Below are positions 61,060 to 64,000 of a stretch of 64,000 nucleotides of DNA, one piece after another; positions within the stretch are counted from its first letter, which is position 1, and each line of letters opens with the position of its first letter. Origin of the DNA: Harriotta raleighana (Eukaryota). The notes under the pieces are model-generated. The model was not told the DNA's origin, made no database searches, and worked only from the letters and a program-made list of their open reading frames with translations. The translations under genes were made by a program, and so were the position numbers. The stretch is from assembly GCA_050575255.1 (NCBI GenBank), contig JBNZDD010013696.1, forward strand, positions 6,455,672 through 6,519,671. The letters are read 5' to 3'.

Positions 61060-64000
61060 ATCTTGAATTGGTTTAAAACACACGTTCCACTTCATAGCAC
61101 TCGCTGGATACGAAAGAACTCCAAATAAAGATGGGCAGCATGCCTACAATCATAGCTAAAATGTACATGCTGTTCACAGAAATATCTACATTACTCAAAT
61201 CTAATTATCACACATGATTTTAGCAACCACACAATAATAAATCTAGAGCATTGGAATATGTTATTACTTTGTAGTGTATGATTTTACACTTTATCAAGTG
61301 TCCCCCATTAAAAAAACGTATTTTCATATAATAGTGGGCTAACATCAAAGTTAAATTTCAAAACCAAAGAAGCAAAGATGTGGTACTTTAAGAGTATCTA
61401 ATATTTTTGTGGATTATTCTTCTAAGAGTAAATTTAAGTACATACATTTTGAATACCTACCATCCACAACCCTCTCCCCCAGTCTACATCCTAGAGAGAA
61501 TTAATAAAGAGTGAAGTTAGTCCAGAATCAGTACATCACTTTTAGGAACCATTTTGGAATTGTTTCCTGCTCATTTGAGTGCTGATTAACAGCTTCAACT
61601 CCACAAGTTACAATTACTTCTTTTTCCCCAAGATCCAGCAGACTTGATGGCTGCCTTTGTTTCTTTAGTTCGTCTCACATTAAATACTTGGTTTTAGTCT
61701 TACTTGTTAATGTTGAATCAGCAAGAATACAGTTAAATTTCTCTGGTAAATAGCAAAAGCTGCAACAAGTGATGACAGCAACATAACAAGAACAAAATTA
61801 CATTTGTATAACCAAAATAGTGGAGTCCTGTAACTCAGTGGCTATTGCACTCTCCTTGCAAGTGAGAGACCTGGGTTTGATTCCCGGCAGGGCAAATTAC
61901 TCCACATACCTCTGTTTACCTAGTAGTAAATAGGAAACAGGTTGTTACACTTCCAAAAAAATCTAATAATAAATTGGGCCCTTCAATCCACAACTGCTTG
62001 TGGGACATTGCTGTGCGCAATTGGCTACCATGTTTCACCCATAAATTGTACAGTCAATACACTTTAAAAGTATATTCTGTGAAGAGTTTGAGACATCTTG
62101 AAGATTTGATTTGGCACTATCTCAAATGCATTGATTATTATTATTTATATAAATTTATGTTATATAGTGCTTTTCACGTACCAGTGTATGTTTCCACTGA
62201 TAATTAGGTCTTAAAATGGGGAAGTTAAAAAATAAATGTTGGAAGACTTTGATGCAGCCAACAGAGCTCAACAAATCACATCAATCTATCTCTGCATGTT
62301 TCCTGTTCTGTCCTTTTGTTGATACACATCAGATCTCCCATTAAGTGGCAGCTTCAACCAAACATGCAGAAGCCCACTTGTCAATAGATTGAAATTCCTA
62401 GGAACTCTTATTTCAAACTTGATTGGGTTGGCAATTTTGTTTGCCAAGAGTGGGATAAAGTCACTTAGCCTATCAGTCTTGAGATGTAATAATTCCTTCT
62501 TGAGCTATCCACTCTTATTTCCAATTGATTGCTCTTTCTGCATGCTCTTTTACATCAAAATTTGCGNATCTTGAATTGGTTTAAAACACACGTTCCACTT
62601 CATAGCACTCGCTGGATACGAAAGAACTCCAAATAAAGATGGGCAGCATGCCTACAATCATAGCTAAAATGTACATGCTGTTCACAGAAATATCTACATT
62701 ACTCAAATCTAATTATCACACATGATTTTAGCAACCACACAATAATAAATCTAGAGCATTGGAATATGTTATTACTTTGTAGTGTATGATTTTACACTTT
62801 ATCAAGTGTCCCCCATTAAAAAAACGTATTTTCATATAATAGTGGGCTAACATCAAAGTTAAATTTCAAAACCAAAGAAGCAAAGATGTGGTACTTTAAG
62901 AGTATCTAATATTTTTGTGGATTATTCTTCTAAGAGTAAATTTAAGTACATACATTTTGAATACCTACCATCCACAACCCTCTCCCCCAGTCTACATCCT
63001 AGAGAGAATTAATAAAGAGTGAAGTTAGTCCAGAATCAGTACATCACTTTTAGGAACCATTTTGGAATTGTTTCCTGCTCATTTGAGTGCTGATTAACAG
63101 CTTCAACTCCACAAGTTACAATTACTTCTTTTTCCCCAAGATCCAGCAGACTTGATGGCTGCCTTTGTTTCTTTAGTTCGTCTCACATTAAATACTTGGT
63201 TTTAGTCTTACTTGTTAATGTTGAATCAGCAAGAATACAGTTAAATTTCTCTGGTAAATAGCAAAAGCTGCAACAAGTGATGACAGCAACATAACAAGAA
63301 CAAAATTACATTTGTATAACCAAAATAGTGGAGTCCTGTAACTCAGTGGCTATTGCACTCTCCTTGCAAGTGAGAGACCTGGGTTTGATTCCCGGCAGGG
63401 CAAATTACTCCACATACCTCTGTTTACCTAGTAGTAAATAGGAAACAGGTTGTTACACTTCCAAAAAAATCTAATAATAAATTGGGCCCTTCAATCCACA
63501 ACTGCTTGTGGGACATTGCTGTGCGCAATTGGCTACCATGTTTCACCCATAAATTGTACAGTCAATACACTTTAAAAGTATATTCTGTGAAGAGTTTGAG
63601 ACATCTTGAAGATTTGATTTGGCACTATCTCAAATGCATTGATTATTATTATTTATATAAATTTATGTTATATAGTGCTTTTCACGTACCAGTGTATGTT
63701 TCCACTGATAATTAGGTCTTAAAATGGGGAAGTTAAAAAATAAATGTTGGAAGACTTTGATGCAGCCAACAGAGCTCAACAAATCACATCAATCTATCTC
63801 TGCATGTTTCCTGTTCTGTCCTTTTGTTGATACACATCAGATCTCCCATTAAGTGGCAGCTTCAACCAAACATGCAGAAGCCCACTTGTCAATAGATTGA
63901 AATTCCTAGGAACTCTTATTTCAAACTTGATTGGGTTGGCAATTTTGTTTGCCAAGAGTGGGATAAAGTCACTTAGCCTATCAGTCTTGAGATGTAATAA
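61060..64000. repeat. Apparently identical 1507-bp tandem duplication joined by a single N at 62567 (probable assembly overlap)
   Basis: 62568 onward repeats 61060 onward at offset 1508; identical ORFs at 61974 and 63482. Confidence 0.9.
61820..62145 (+). mobile_element. Full-length SINE, long-CORE variant (repeated at 63328-63653)
   Basis: gtggagtcctgtaactcagtgg head, ctccacatacctctgtttacctagtagtaaatagg block, and tail. Confidence 0.85.

Noticed and set aside
55739-64000. Final GON exons (GxFSINL..., CGGYCG)
   Set aside because: Not found by eye; presumably downstream of the window.

Overview
Eukaryotic, AT-rich vertebrate DNA lying entirely within the 3' part of one large + strand gene. 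Nine GT-AG coding exons (21771-55738) splice into an uninterrupted 420-codon frame encoding five TSR (thrombospondin type-1) modules and most of a GON domain. This is the ADAMTS9/ADAMTS20 (GON-1) subfamily, and the best match from memory is ADAMTS9. No exon was found in the first 21.7 kb or after 55738, so the gene continues on both sides. The introns are dense in transposon remnants: L2 and CR1 LINE fragments, about 25 copies of a tRNA-headed SINE with an L2-type tail, older DeuSINE-like and AmnSINE2-like copies, several TA-flanked Tc1/mariner (Tigger/pogo-like) MITEs and an hAT element. The repeat set suggests a cartilaginous fish, possibly a chimaera (inference). Two duplications sit at single N bases and look like assembly artefacts. 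I see no convincing new protein-coding system. The most interesting signals are a chimeric tRNA+CORE+Deu+L2-tail SINE with visible subfamily deletions, reciprocal SINE/L2 nesting, and inverted repeats flanking phase-0 TSR exons. Family names come from recalled consensus sequences, not database searches.
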